DNA of 64,000 nucleotides from Oculina patagonica (lineage: Eukaryota), in contig NC_135768.1 of the NCBI RefSeq assembly GCF_052425735.1, positions 3,224,001-3,288,000 of the forward strand. The letters are read 5' to 3'. Below the pieces are notes generated by a model, which was not told the origin of the DNA, did not search any database, and worked only from the letters and a program-made list of their open reading frames with translations. Shown one piece after another: positions 38,284 through 50,517 of the stretch. Position numbers and translations under genes: made by a program. Position 1 is the first letter of the stretch; each line of letters starts with the position of its first letter.

Positions 38284-41200
38284 ATGATTACAACATGGCA
38301 TCAACTCGCTCCTTTTCTACGTCGAACTGCCGCCGTCTGCAATCCAAGAAATGTTTTTCCAGCCGCTAACTGCGTGTTGAGGAGCCGGCTGAACTCAAAT
38401 CAGAGGTAATTGACAATTATGAGCCATAAATTTCTCTATGTGCCGTGTACGATCTTTAATGAGCTCCGAGCAGAGATGCTCAAGTATCAAGTCGAGATAT
38501 TAGTTCCGGCTTGCGAATAATCCATACGATTTTCCTTTTTTTTTCAGAGTTTACACGAGTAGCTAGCGACTGCGTAACATTTGTTTACGAAATGAACCAT
38601 TTAAAATCAGTAGTCACACAACAGAATTTACGATTTTTGCGATCAGTATTAGGTAAATGTTGTAAGCGATCGAGGTTCAGTAGACCAGTTCCGAAATAGA
38701 TCAGGTGGGAACTCAACAATTTCTGAAAAAAATCCAATTGGTATTTGTAGAGGTGCGAGTTGCTGCACGGGTGTTTCCCGAGACTTACACATTTTTACAT
38801 GTATAATTTGAAGAAAAAAAACAGCCGCTTTTAAGCTTTTCTGTATATTTATTTCATAAATACAAGGCTTCATGATGGAATACAGAAACCAGAAATATTT
38901 CAGGGAAAAATTGGGCGTGTATTTTGGAAGAAAACAGCCAAAGTGGTTGCGTGACATTTCATCGATTGGCCAATCTTGGCTCTACCAGCGGAATAATCAT
39001 AAAACAAAAGAAATGACTCCTCCAAGCAACATATTGTGGTCTCTTTGTTTCTTCAACAAAGCCTTAAAGCTAAATTTGAATTTGTAATCGAGGGAGGGGA
39101 CTCTTTGGCCCCGAAATTTTTGTTTCGAGCTGGAACCTGGAACCTGGAATCTGAAATTTTGGAGCTGAAACGCCGAATTTCGTCACACTTTTCTGTTAGT
39201 CAGCAAAGCACGCGGACTAATTCTCGTCTTCCCGGGTGTAGGGACACGGACCATTATTTTTTCTAGCGGTGGGGGTGGGGGGACGATCTTTCTGGGCAAT
39301 AGATATTTCCTACATCTTCAGCCTTCAGGTGGTGCAACACTTTTTTTCGGCTTGCTTAATTTTTTCCTCCTGGCTCCCCTTGCACGATTTTCTTCAGCCG
39401 CCAGGAGCCATGGGCTCCGCGGCCGCTTTCTGTGCAGGATTTTTTTTTGAAAATTGCCCCCACCCCTTTAAAAAAGTAATGGTCCGTCCCTTCCGCGACC
39501 CTTATTACAAAATGAAAATGATATTTTAACATTTTCAATATTTTCTTCTGAAAGTGAAACTATAACCAATTTACTTTCTTTCTGTACAGTGCCTCGTTTA
39601 CGACTGAGAGGAAGGTAAGATTGCTTGCTTGGTTCAGACTAAACTAGAAGCGATTACATTTACGCGCGCATATGTCGTCTTTCTTTTCTCTGGCAATATA
39701 TTTTTTTTTGGAGGGCGAGGTTAGTCAATTTTCTGGGCAAGATATTCTTCAGGTTGTACAAGATTTTTATTTTTTCCCCTCGTGGCTCCTCTTGCACGAT
39801 TTTTTCAGCCGTTTTTTGTAAGGAAATTTTTTTTGGGAAATTGCATTTGATAGTTGCAAAGTTGACTGCTTACTGCCTCGCGTACCTCAAGAAAATTGAA
39901 GCTTTTGTGATATCTCGTAGCACATTCTCTAAACTATGTGCAACAGATTTGATTGCGTGACCAACCACACCCCACGTGACCAGAATTTTCAAAGAAATTG
40001 AGGGCCTCTTCATATGATCCCGGTTGACCGGGCTGGCCCAGTTACCGAGATCTCGGCTCACTCCTATTTTCTTTGTAAGATTTTTGATGTGTTCATATGA
40101 GAAGGCGGGCCAGCCCGTTTACCGATATCTCGGTTTCTGCAAACGAGATATCGGCAACCGGGAAGAAAATTTCCCCATATGAACACTCCAGCCCGGCCGC
40201 CGGGACGCAACTTTTTTTGAAAAAATAGCTTCCCTTTCGTAACTGGGCGGTCAAAATGGCATAATTTTGCCTTGTATCTATTTCCACTTTAGAAATATGC
40301 GAATTAGCTCTATAAGTAAAGTTACAAGGGTCGATAAAGCTACGATAGTCGCAAAAGATACAACTTTATGGGCCTCTTCACATGAGCCCGGTTTACGGGC
40401 TGTCTCAGTTACCAGGACAGATTTTGACCTCTGTTCATATGGAAAATTTTAGCCCGGTTGACGGGGATAAAATTCAAGAAACGAAGGCAAAATGGCGACA
40501 CATAAAGTTGCATCTTTCGCGACTATCGTAGCTTTATTGACCCTTGTAACTTTATTAATAAAGCTAATTCGCATATTTCTGAAGTGGAAATAGATACAAG
40601 GCAAAATTAAACCATTTGGACCACCCAGTTACGAAAGGGAAGCTATTTTCTCAAAAAAAGTTGCGTCCCGGCGACCGGGCTGGAGCGTTCATATGGGAAA
40701 ATATTCTTCCCGGTTGTCGAGATCTCGGTTGCAGAAACCGAGATATCGGTAACCGGGCTGGCCCACCTTTTCATATGAACACATCCAAAATTTTACAAGA
40801 AAATAGGAGTGAACCAAGATCTCGGTAACTGGGCCAGCCCGGTCAACCGGGATCATATGAAGAGGCCCTATGTGTCGCAATTTTGGTTTCGTTTCTTGAA
40901 TGTTATCCCCATCAACCGGGCTAAAATTTTCCATATGAACAGACGTCAAGCTCTGTCCTGGTAACCGAGACAGCCCGTTTACCGGGCTCATGTGAAGAGG
41001 CCCTTAGAAGTCTGAATAATACTTATTTTTCTCGAGGGATAATTAGTATTGATCACATGAATAAACTGAACAGTAGAATGGTTTAACTAATAGCGGGTGG
41101 AACTTCAAACTATCGTCACAGCTTTTTTTTTGACACCTCTATCTGCTTGATAAATGATCACAAATTGATCAGAGACTTTTAGACAAGTGGTGGCTCCTAA

Positions 41201-44200
41201 AAGAGCCGTTGTTTATTGGCGGGAAAACCGCCTCACTTCATGTTGCTGGTGTACTTGGACACAGCCTTGGTTCCTTCACTGATAGCGTGTTTGGCGAGTT
41301 CACCGGGGAGAAGCAGCCTGACGGCGGTCTGAATCTCACGGGAACCGATCGTCATTCTCTTCGCGTACTTTGCCAGGCGCGAGGCTTCGTTCGCAATACG
41401 CTCAAAGATGTCGTTGACGAACGAATTCATGATGCCCATGGCTTTGCTAGAAATACCAGAGTCGGGATGAACTTGCTTCAATACTTTGTAAATAAAGTAT
41501 CCATAACTTCTTTGCTTCCTCTTTACCTTTCTTTTCGTCTTAACGCCAACAGCACTAGTACTCGGCTTCGCCTTGCTAGCTTTCTTCTCGCCTTTTTTCC
41601 CGGCTACTTTTGGCGCCATAATTCGACCTTGTAGTTTACAGGAGCCTAACTTGTTTCCTCAATCAACCGAAAGAAAGAATTTATAAATTATAATTTTGTT
41701 ACACTTCTTTGTAATTTATAGCATAATCTGGAGCATATCAAATTTCACAAGGATCGAAATTTTCGCTTTCCGATTGGTTATATACTTTCGATCACGCATT
41801 CCTAAAGGTCACAGGTCAGCGCCTAAGTTTTGATTGGCGGATTTCGATCCCTTTCCACTGTAAAGAATTTCAGGTGTTTGCACGTTTGAACGACGAATCA
41901 AACGATGAAATAAGAGTTTGTACAATTCTCGACAAAAATTTATTCAAATAAGGGAAAATAATACTTGCAGACACCGAGAATGCTCATTTCCTACACTGAA
42001 CACGAGTGCAGTGGGGGAAAAAATGCCACTTTTTGGCAAAATCTTGTTGAAGTTGAAGCAGTCGAATTGTTTCAGAAGGCAGTCAGATATTCGCCTTTGC
42101 CATCACTGGTATTTCTTCCCCTACTGTTGCTGGTGTATCACGACAATGAAAACAAAAGAACCGGCATTATTTCGTTCAAAAAATTGAACAAGGAAATTGA
42201 AGACATTTTCCATACCCTGTTTGACAGCCGCTGTCTGGTCCGTCACGCAACGCCTCTCCGCTGTTGCGTGACAGCCCAAATCAGTTGCAGGGCGGCCCAG
42301 AGAAGGTTTCTGTGTTTTGACCCTCATTTTCCAGTTCTGGTAACTCTCTTGTGACGGAGCGAAGGTCAAACTGGACTGGCGCTTTTCGGGGTGCAAAATT
42401 CTTAGGGATGTACCATGATGTAGGGGGGGGGGGGGGCGGGGGCCGGGGGGGAGGAGAATTTTTTTTCTGCATTGGTAATTGCAAGTATTATATTACTATT
42501 ACAACTTTCTGCAAGATGTTTGTAATTTTTTGTACAATCCATGTTTCCAGGTGGGGCTTGCTTGAATTTTTTTTCCGTGCTTACTTGTCATAGTGCACCA
42601 GTTTTTTCTCCTAATTTTCTTCTACCAGAATTTGTTAGTAATTGCCGAATCCCCCAGCCCCCTAAAAAAATGCTTCGTTTCTTATTGAAACTAGAGAACG
42701 TTTTTTTTGTTTATTTCATTTCATCCAAGTCACACATTCCACTTGTCATTTTAAAACCGCTTTTCTTCGTATGTCATTTCCTTTTTTCATAGAACGGTTC
42801 TGTTCTAGACCGTTTGAATGCCGGTGACGTACTTGTTGGTGATGGAGGGATGACCTTCTGTTTGGAGAAGCGTGGATATGTAAAAGCAGGACCTTATAGC
42901 CCTGAGTGTACAGTGGAAAGTCCGGAGGCTGGTAAGAATTAGCTCAATTGGTATTTGCTCCATACGGCGGTTTCATTGCTAGCTCTGATTGGTTCACTGT
43001 GATGTTTAGGCGCGTTGCGATTGGTCAGCTAGATGCGACGAGGCTGGTGATGATGATGGTCTGGGACCGAGTAGCGATGCTCTCACAACTTGCAAAGCGA
43101 TCAATTCACAGATTTAATTCAACAGGCAATCTTTTCCCGCGAAATGGAAGCTGCTATGTCGTGGAATCACTTATTATAAAGGAGTTCAATTCTCTTAACT
43201 AAAAATCTAAAAGCAGCTGTTTAAATCCGAAAATTTCGTCATCGTCGTGTAGTTTTAAGAACGCAGAATTTTGTGATACCGTGCTACTTTTCAGTGCTGA
43301 AATGCAAATGTTTGTACCACGATTTTCAACTGGCCCACATGGGGATTGTTAATGAAGTAAAACGAAGAAAGACCAAGTCAACAAACAACTTCGAAACAAT
43401 AGAGCAAGAACAATAGCTCCGACTAGCGCGGGAATATTCATCGCCACGTTTTCATTACCATTCCCGTGATGGTTTTATTTCATAACAAACACCACATATT
43501 GACACCAAGAACCTTTCCGGAGAAATTTTCACTGCTTTAAAGACAAAACTTAGAAAGTCTTTTTTATTACTACATATATAAAAAAATCGAACTCTCTCAC
43601 TGGTCCCATGTTGTTATTGTTTTGGCAAGTTCACAAAGAAAGGAGCTGCTCATGCGCCTTAGAGACATCTGCTGACTACCGCCCCGATGATTGCTTTGCA
43701 AGTTGTGAGAGCATCGCTCAGATTTCATATAAGAGAATGTATGGGAAGTTGCTTCCCCCCCCCCCCCCCCCGTGCCCTCTTATTCATGCTCAGTTAAAAT
43801 AAGATATGGAATATTATTGCTCAGCGGTCTAATAAGCCAAGCTGGAACGGCTTGGCTTGGGGTCACAGTGTTGCATGACCCACGCGAATTTTTTGTCAGG
43901 GTGGGTGGGTGGGCCGATCCTTCCTTCACTGCTCCGCTGGCTAAAACTAAGTACGAAAGGAGTGTTGTTGTGCACCAACTTATTATTTATAGCGTTTCTA
44001 CGCCCTCGTGTAGACGGTACCTCGTGGGATGTGACATTTTCACGTGTTTTATTTTCGCAAATCATTACGAGTATTATGAATAGAATTTAGAAAACCGCTT
44101 GTTGTTTTGGCTCATTGCTTAGACTGTAATTTTTCATTTCAGTCCGCCAGGTTCATCGAGAATTTCTTCGAGCAGGAGCAGACATCATTCAAGCTTTTAC

Positions 44201-47200
44201 GTTTTCCATGGATGATAACGTTATTGACGAGCAGGTATTTGAAGATGAATTTTTTCAACAATGACACGAGCATGGGACAATAAGTCTATTTACAAAACCA
44301 TTCTTGAATCTATCTGAGTTTATTTCTTCTTTATTTCTTATTTTGAGTTTATTTCTGGGTATGACAGACTGTCACGTACCAACTCGCCCAGGGTGAACGA
44401 TAAGTAAAATACGAGGTTGACTGTAGTATAGCCTGCGTGGCCGGCGTTCATAGCGTCATTGCAGGCCTCCCTCTTCCTCCTTCTCCTTCTTCCTTTGAAC
44501 GCCGGCCACGCAGGCTAACTGTAGTTCTCTCTTTAAATCCGTTGTAGCTTCAAGGTTGAGAATTGTCGAATAAAAAAACGCTTGTTCCGCTAACAGCTCC
44601 TAATGGCTTCATTTTCTGTTCCTCTCGTTGACAGAACGAAGAAATTAACCAGGCCGCGTGCGACTTGGCTAAGGGCGTGGCTCAAGAGGGAGGGGTGTAC
44701 TCTGCAGGCTCTATCTGCCAAACAGCAAAACTTTACACGCAGGGAGTTGGAAAGGAACAAATACAGAAACGGTTCGAGCAACAGATCGAGATATTTCTCA
44801 GGAATGATTTGGATTTACTGATTGCTGAGGTAAGCTAAGGACAATTTTATAAAAAAAGAACCTTTATACGTTTGAATCACTTTTATATCATTTGTTTTCT
44901 CTCGTTTTCGCCCCTTTACCATATTTCCCTTTGAAGCATGTGGGTATAAAGGTCACATTTTGTCATTAAAGAGATTATTTACGTTCTTCTTCAACGGCAA
45001 ACGGCAAAATCTCAGCTTACCGTTGATTTTGTGAATGTTTCTTCAATAAATCCTTAGTGAAAAGCATTTAAAACATTTGAACGTCACAAACGCGAAACTT
45101 TTTCACCTTGGAACGGCAGCTGCAGGATTTAAGCCTTTTGCAGGAAAACGCACAAACGCAAAGCCTAATCACTCTGTTGCATTATGGAGGGATATTTAGT
45201 AAAAAACTTGTGCACTGTACTTGCAAATAAGGCTTGTGTTTTTTTCCATTAAAAAACTCTCTAGATAATTAAAAAACGCCAACTCTAGTGAAATTGTATC
45301 TTTCTCTGCAAAAGCGGGGTACAGATAATTTTTATGTTTTAAGTAGTCGAATAAATCGAACGGGGGTCCACCTCTGCTTATACAATGAGTAGTATTGCTG
45401 TATTTACTCACCCCCCCCCCCCTCCCCTTAGTTCTTTGAGTACGGAGAGGAAGCTGAATGGGTGGTGGAGGTGATGAAGAGCACAGGGAAACCAACTGCT
45501 ATTACGATGAGTATTGGTCCTGCTGGGGACAGTAACAACGTGCCGACAGGAGAATGTGCTTTGAAACTGGCGAGGGCAGGTAATTTTATCTTTCTATTGC
45601 TTTCCCGTCAACCCACCAGCGCGTATTGCTTTATCTGCTGTCTACCGCCTGACTGCTTTATAGATGTTGATTGCTCGATTTGAAACGAACCCATTAAAAC
45701 GCTGTGTAAAAGATGTCAAACAACAGGGCCGTACCTAGGATTGTTTGTCTGTGGGGGCAAACTCCGCTAATCAAACACTATGTTAGAAATTTAGTTTTCC
45801 TGGCAGGGGCAACTGCCCCCCCCCCCCCCCCCCCCCGCTAGGTACGGATCTGAATATTAATTAAAAGAGAACACTACCAAGTGGAGATTACAATTGTTAG
45901 AGCAGTTTTCAATTGAGTGACGTGAAACCAAAACCAAAGTTATCACTCTTAGCCAATCACAAAGAACACAGACAACCCAGTGAACTAATCAAAACTCGAA
46001 GCAAATACATGTAGCCGGCACGAAGCGCGGGAAAACGTGCGCGAGCGAGTCACGATTGGTTTTGGTTTTACTCCTGATTGGCTGAGAAAGTGGCGCGAGA
46101 TTTTTTAGCCAATCACTAAACGTAGTTATGCAAAACCAAAGCAAACGCAATTAACTTTCGACACTCAAGTGAAAACCGCTCTATGCACCAATCACTGCAA
46201 CTATTACCTCCTATTGTTTACGTAGCATTGCAATGCGCATCCTTAAGGTCATTGCCCCGAAATGGAACTGAACATAGATTTTTAACCAACTTTTGCCTCT
46301 AGTTGATTACCTTAAGAAGACATAAATTTTGAAATAAAAAAATAGGGTCACATTCGTGTAGAAGCAGGAAGACCTTGTACATACCATTTAATTCCTTAAA
46401 AATTCCCGTGTAAGTACTAGCACAGTACACGTCTCCAGTGATAGTTTCTTTTTCAAACAAAGAAATTGATCTGTTTTCATTTGACAGAAAGAATTTGATC
46501 GCTTCACTCAAATTATAAGAAAAAAAGATAGGTCACCCGCATAGAAAAAAGCAGCTACTTTGTTTATGTGCGCGCGTTAACAATCTCGCCCCCAGAGGCC
46601 CGCGATCCTTCTGGTCTGCGCCAGTTTCCCGGTAGGTACGTTATGTATATCAAGTAAGTAGAGTATATGGTAAATCAAGCTGGCACGGTTGGTTAAATAA
46701 TATATTGGGGACATAATAGTTCCCCATACATAACGTACCTACCAGTTTCCCGACCGCTGGTCAAGGGCAACGCAAAATTTCAAACCCCCAAAAATCCTTC
46801 GATCATCCCCGTCATTGACAAGTCGGAGTACCCCCCTGGGTTCGGGTTATGGGTTTTGGGTCATCCACGTCACTTGAAATTCCGAGTACCCCCTTAGGGT
46901 CACGGATCAAAACAGCTGCTTGTTCCACTAACTAAATATTCTTTTCTTTCCTCGTCAGGTGCTGACATCATTGGAGTGAACTGCAAGTTTGATCCTGCCA
47001 CTTCAATGGAAGCTCTTCGCTTAATGAAAGAAGCAATGGACAAAGAAGGACATCACCCTCATCTGATGCTACAGCCTGTCGGTTACCACACACCAGACGC
47101 TGGAAGGACTGGGTTCCAGAGTTTGCCTGAGTTACCTTTTGGTAATATTTCGCTTCATTCTGTGTTAGCTGTCTGTAACAGGTCGTAACGCGCGCTCTGA

Positions 47201-49950
47201 TTGGCCAGTTGGGTTGGTATTATAACTTGCGTTCTGATTGATCGTCTGAGTATTTCAATTATCTGTAGTCTCACTGGACATATCTGAGATTTGCCTCGAA
47301 ACATTCGGGCAGCATCAAAGAAACATTCGGGAAGCTTCCAAGAAAACTTTCATTTTGTTTGCTGCTTCTCAATTCCTTGTTCCAATTCACTCACACGATA
47401 CGCTTATTTTTATTCTTTTTCTTGTAGCTTTGGAGCCTCGTACACTTACTCGATGGGACGTTCATAAGTACGCTCGGCGGGCCTATGACATGGGAGTGAG
47501 GTATATCGGAGGCTGCTGTGGCTTTGAACCATACCACATCCGGGCTATTGCAGAGGAGGTATGAGAATACCTTATTATAGGAAATTAACGCTTGTGTTAA
47601 TTAAGGTATTTGAAATTAACGCGACTTAAATTAACGCGAATTGAAGAAAAATTACTTCCCAATAAAGGAAATTAACGCGAAAGAGGGGGTAAAATTTCAA
47701 AATGAAGGAAATTAACGCGACGTACACAACTGGTACAAGTTTATTTCAACACTTGCAGACGAAAAATCTTAAACGCAAACAATGTTCGTGGTACTTTTCC
47801 CACTTTGAGCGTTCTTCGCAGTATCAATGATAGTGGCAGATAAAACAATGCTTTTTCCTTGGAGTCAAGAACTTCTGGACTGCAACGAGAAATTGGGGCC
47901 AAAATAATGGAAATTAACGTCATGGAAATTAACGCTCCACTAAATTAACGGTGCGGAAATTAACGTTAACTAAAATTAACGCGACTTAAATTAACGCGAA
48001 TGTTTAAAATTCGCGTTAATTTCATGACGCAGGTCTACCAAGTCTGTACCAAAGACGTCTACAAAACATTGCCATTCTAATGTATAAAGTAAAACACGGA
48101 CTTGTGCCCACTTATATAACAGAAATATTTAATACAGCCCCGAAACGATATAATCTGAGGAACGCTGATTTTAATATTCCACGTTTTCGCACAGTACATT
48201 ATGGAAAACATTCTTTACGATATTTCGGGCCTTATCTATGGAGCAAACTAGACCACAGTGATAGAGAAAAACATAATGTCACGAGTTTTAAAAACAGTAT
48301 TGGGAGAAAAGACCTCACCCGTCTTATACAAACTGAGTGTAAATGTGACATATGCAGCTAGCCGATATACATTTTTAAATTTTTAATTTTTAACTCTTAA
48401 CTGCAATTTTTATCTTTCACCTACTTTTATGATAAAATTTTATATTCTATTGTAATTTATTTATTTATTAATCTATGTAGTACGATTCTTCAGTTTTTCT
48501 TCTTCTTAGAATTTAAGTGTAAATATTTTAACTTTAAATAGCTTAGATATATAATAATGTAAATAGTGTCCACAATTAGTTTTTTTAAGCTAAATACTTC
48601 AGACACTTTAATAAAGTATTTCATTCATTCACTACACTCAATTGAAAACTGCTCTATCAGGAAATAAATTGGTTTTACGGCTGATGTTAGGAGTGTCAGC
48701 ATTTCGTGAGTAGAGTATTGGAACCTGGCGAATCTTTCAATGTTAGCATTCTCCATTTGTTCAAAGAATTTCGTTGTTGAAAAAGGGCTCTACTAATTTT
48801 GTCTTGAAAGAGAAGCGGTTAAAATAATTATCTTTAATCTTGTCGTGTCTGCCAGTTAAGATTCTCTTAGTAAGTAGCTAGTGGGAAATTGAAGATATCG
48901 GTACGCTTTACAAAAGAAATACTCAGTATACTATAATGTATTATTATCTAATGTATTCTAATTTATCTAATCTATTTGTCATCAGCTTGTCCTGGGGCGT
49001 GGTTTTCTTCCTGCAGCAAGTCAAAAACATGAACTGTATAAATTATAATGTATTCAAATTTATTTGTCTTTAGCTTGCACCGGAGCGTGGTTTTCTTCCA
49101 GAAGCAAGTAAAAAACACGAACCCTGGGGAGAATCGTTAAAACATCACGCAAAGGACTGGATGAGACGCAGGTAAGGAGTCTTAAATGACAGAGAAGACA
49201 TTTTTTTATTTTGTCAACATTCAACTTGTTGAGTTTCTATAGAGAGAAAAGAGAGATTTTTCCAAGCAATTTTCCAATGTTATGTCACTGTGCGTTTGCT
49301 TTGCATTTTGCTCTTCGCACCTGCTCTAACCAATAGAAGACATGGTATTATAGCTTTGCGTTAAGCCACGTTTCGCGCTTGGTAACGGATACAAACATGC
49401 TACTGACTACCTGGTTTTGTTTAATATTTGGCCTGTAAGCCACGTACAGAAATATTTCCTGCCGCTGGGGGATCCACGAGTTTGTTGAGCCAATGATACA
49501 CGGTTCAAAATTTGTTGAGCAGCAAATGTTTCGACTGCTTTTCAACACATGTTGAACTGTGTATCATGTGATGTTGAATGTTAAAATATGCCATTCAACA
49601 TGTTAAACGTTGTTGAACGGAATGTTAAACCGTGTATCATTGGCTTTAAAGGGAGGATTTAAGTGCAAACGACAAAAATGTGACATCCGTATAAAGGCGG
49701 CGGCCATGCTGGTAATTGAATTCACTTTTTATCTCAAAGGCTGATTGATTGTGTTGACTAAAATTGCAACTCTCTTGTCCTCCAATATGGTTTATCGTCA
49801 AAACTTTATGTTAAAGTTCAATGACGGAAACTAATAAAGGGTTAATGTATTTTTGTACGCAGGGCAAATCGAGCTTACTGGGAGAACCTGGAGCCTGCTT
49901 CTGGTCGTCCTTATTCCTCCGCGTTTAGCAAGTTTGACGGACCTGCTTGA
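38284..49950 (+). CDS. BHMT: Betaine-homocysteine S-methyltransferase-like protein A, ~406 aa. Exons 38284-38405, 39590-39614, 42793-42931, 44143-44234, 44635-44829, 45432-45579, 46959-47141, 47428-47558, 49074-49171, 49863-49950
   Basis: [26 protein letters not shown], Zn ligands GVNC and [36 protein letters not shown]. Exons 3-10 are high confidence. Exons 1-2 are inferred from splice signals and exact phase fit (2 then 0). Confidence 0.88.
40002..41003. mobile_element. GGGCC-terminated (Harbinger-like) MITE with an inverted copy of the same family nested inside (40370-40868, TSD tat)
   Basis: Four gggcctcttca/tgaagaggccc termini; inner copy flanked by tat. Confidence 0.8.
41192..41207 (-). 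terminator. Histone mRNA 3' stem-loop
   Basis: Minus strand aac-GGCTCT-TTTA-GGAGCC-acca, 25 nt after the H2B stop codon. Confidence 0.85.
41233..41619 (-). CDS. H2B: Histone H2B (divergent variant), 128 aa, intronless
   Basis: [57 protein letters not shown] (~41715) and CCAAT boxes (~41775, ~41835) upstream on the minus strand. Confidence 0.95.
   Translation of the reverse strand: MAPKVAGKKGEKKASKAKPSTSAVGVKTKRKVKRKQRSYGYFIYKVLKQVHPDSGISSKAMGIMNSFVNDIFERIANEASRLAKYAKRMTIGSREIQTAVRLLLPGELAKHAISEGTKAVSKYTSNMK
45900..46181. mobile_element. 281-bp CCAAT-rich MITE, copy 2 (opposite orientation)
   Basis: Reverse complement of 23740-24020. Confidence 0.85.
47568..48025. mobile_element. MITE with aaattaacgcg internal repeats; right end disrupted by a LINE
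   Basis: taccttattataggaaattaacgc ... gcgttaatttc. Confidence 0.6.
48030..48631 (+). mobile_element. 5'-truncated CR1/L2-group LINE (ORF2 C-terminus + 3' UTR)
   Basis: [43 protein letters not shown]; ends aataaa + (cattc/attc) short tandem tail. Confidence 0.75.
48986..49048 (+). pseudogene. Partial tandem duplicate of BHMT-A exon 9 with its own acceptor
   Basis: cag|[20 protein letters not shown] versus the true exon [18 protein letters not shown]. Upstream intron sequence is also duplicated. Confidence 0.75.
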
Positions 49951-50517
49951 TGACGTCACACAGCATAGAAATGTTACAATAAGCATTCATTGACCAAGAG
50001 TCATTAAAATTACTTATCAGGATATATGTTATATAGTATCCATAAGGACTTCATATGTTGCAATATATAGCTTTTTAAATATAGCTTTTTTATATATTTT
50101 CGTTCAAAAAGAGCTATGGTTTCCACTGACTCTTTTTTAATTTCTTGTCCTAACGCATTGAATTGAACTAGTCGTTAACTTCAGCAATCTTTTATTCATC
50201 AGTCATAAAAGTACATTTGCGTGAACTCATTCTTCGTGTATGCGTCTTGGTGATATTTTTAACCGGAAAATAACGACTACACAAAGTATTTCATAGCAGG
50301 AGGCGCAGTGGCCTAATGGTTAGTGCGTTCGACACCGGATTGAGTATTATACTTCTTGGCGTCACACACAAAAACTGGCCATGTTGCCCCAAAAAACGAC
50401 CTTAGTAAGCATACTCATAATTGAATAAAGAAAGATGGAGACATCTTTCTTATACCTATAATTATTCCGGAAATCATTTAAACGCACTGGAATTAATTTT
50501 ATTCTCCAGTGCAGTTT

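Noticed and set aside
38295-38369. Alternative BHMT-A start at aacATGG ([11 protein letters not shown]...)
   Set aside because: In-frame TAA at 38367 before the donor. The ATG at 38284 gives the open spliced frame.
41209-41634. 141-aa plus-strand ORF
   Set aside because: Antisense shadow of the H2B coding sequence.
50299-50345. tRNA-like head ggaggcgcagtggcctaatggttag
   Set aside because: Isolated 5' fragment of the SINE family; not an RNA gene.
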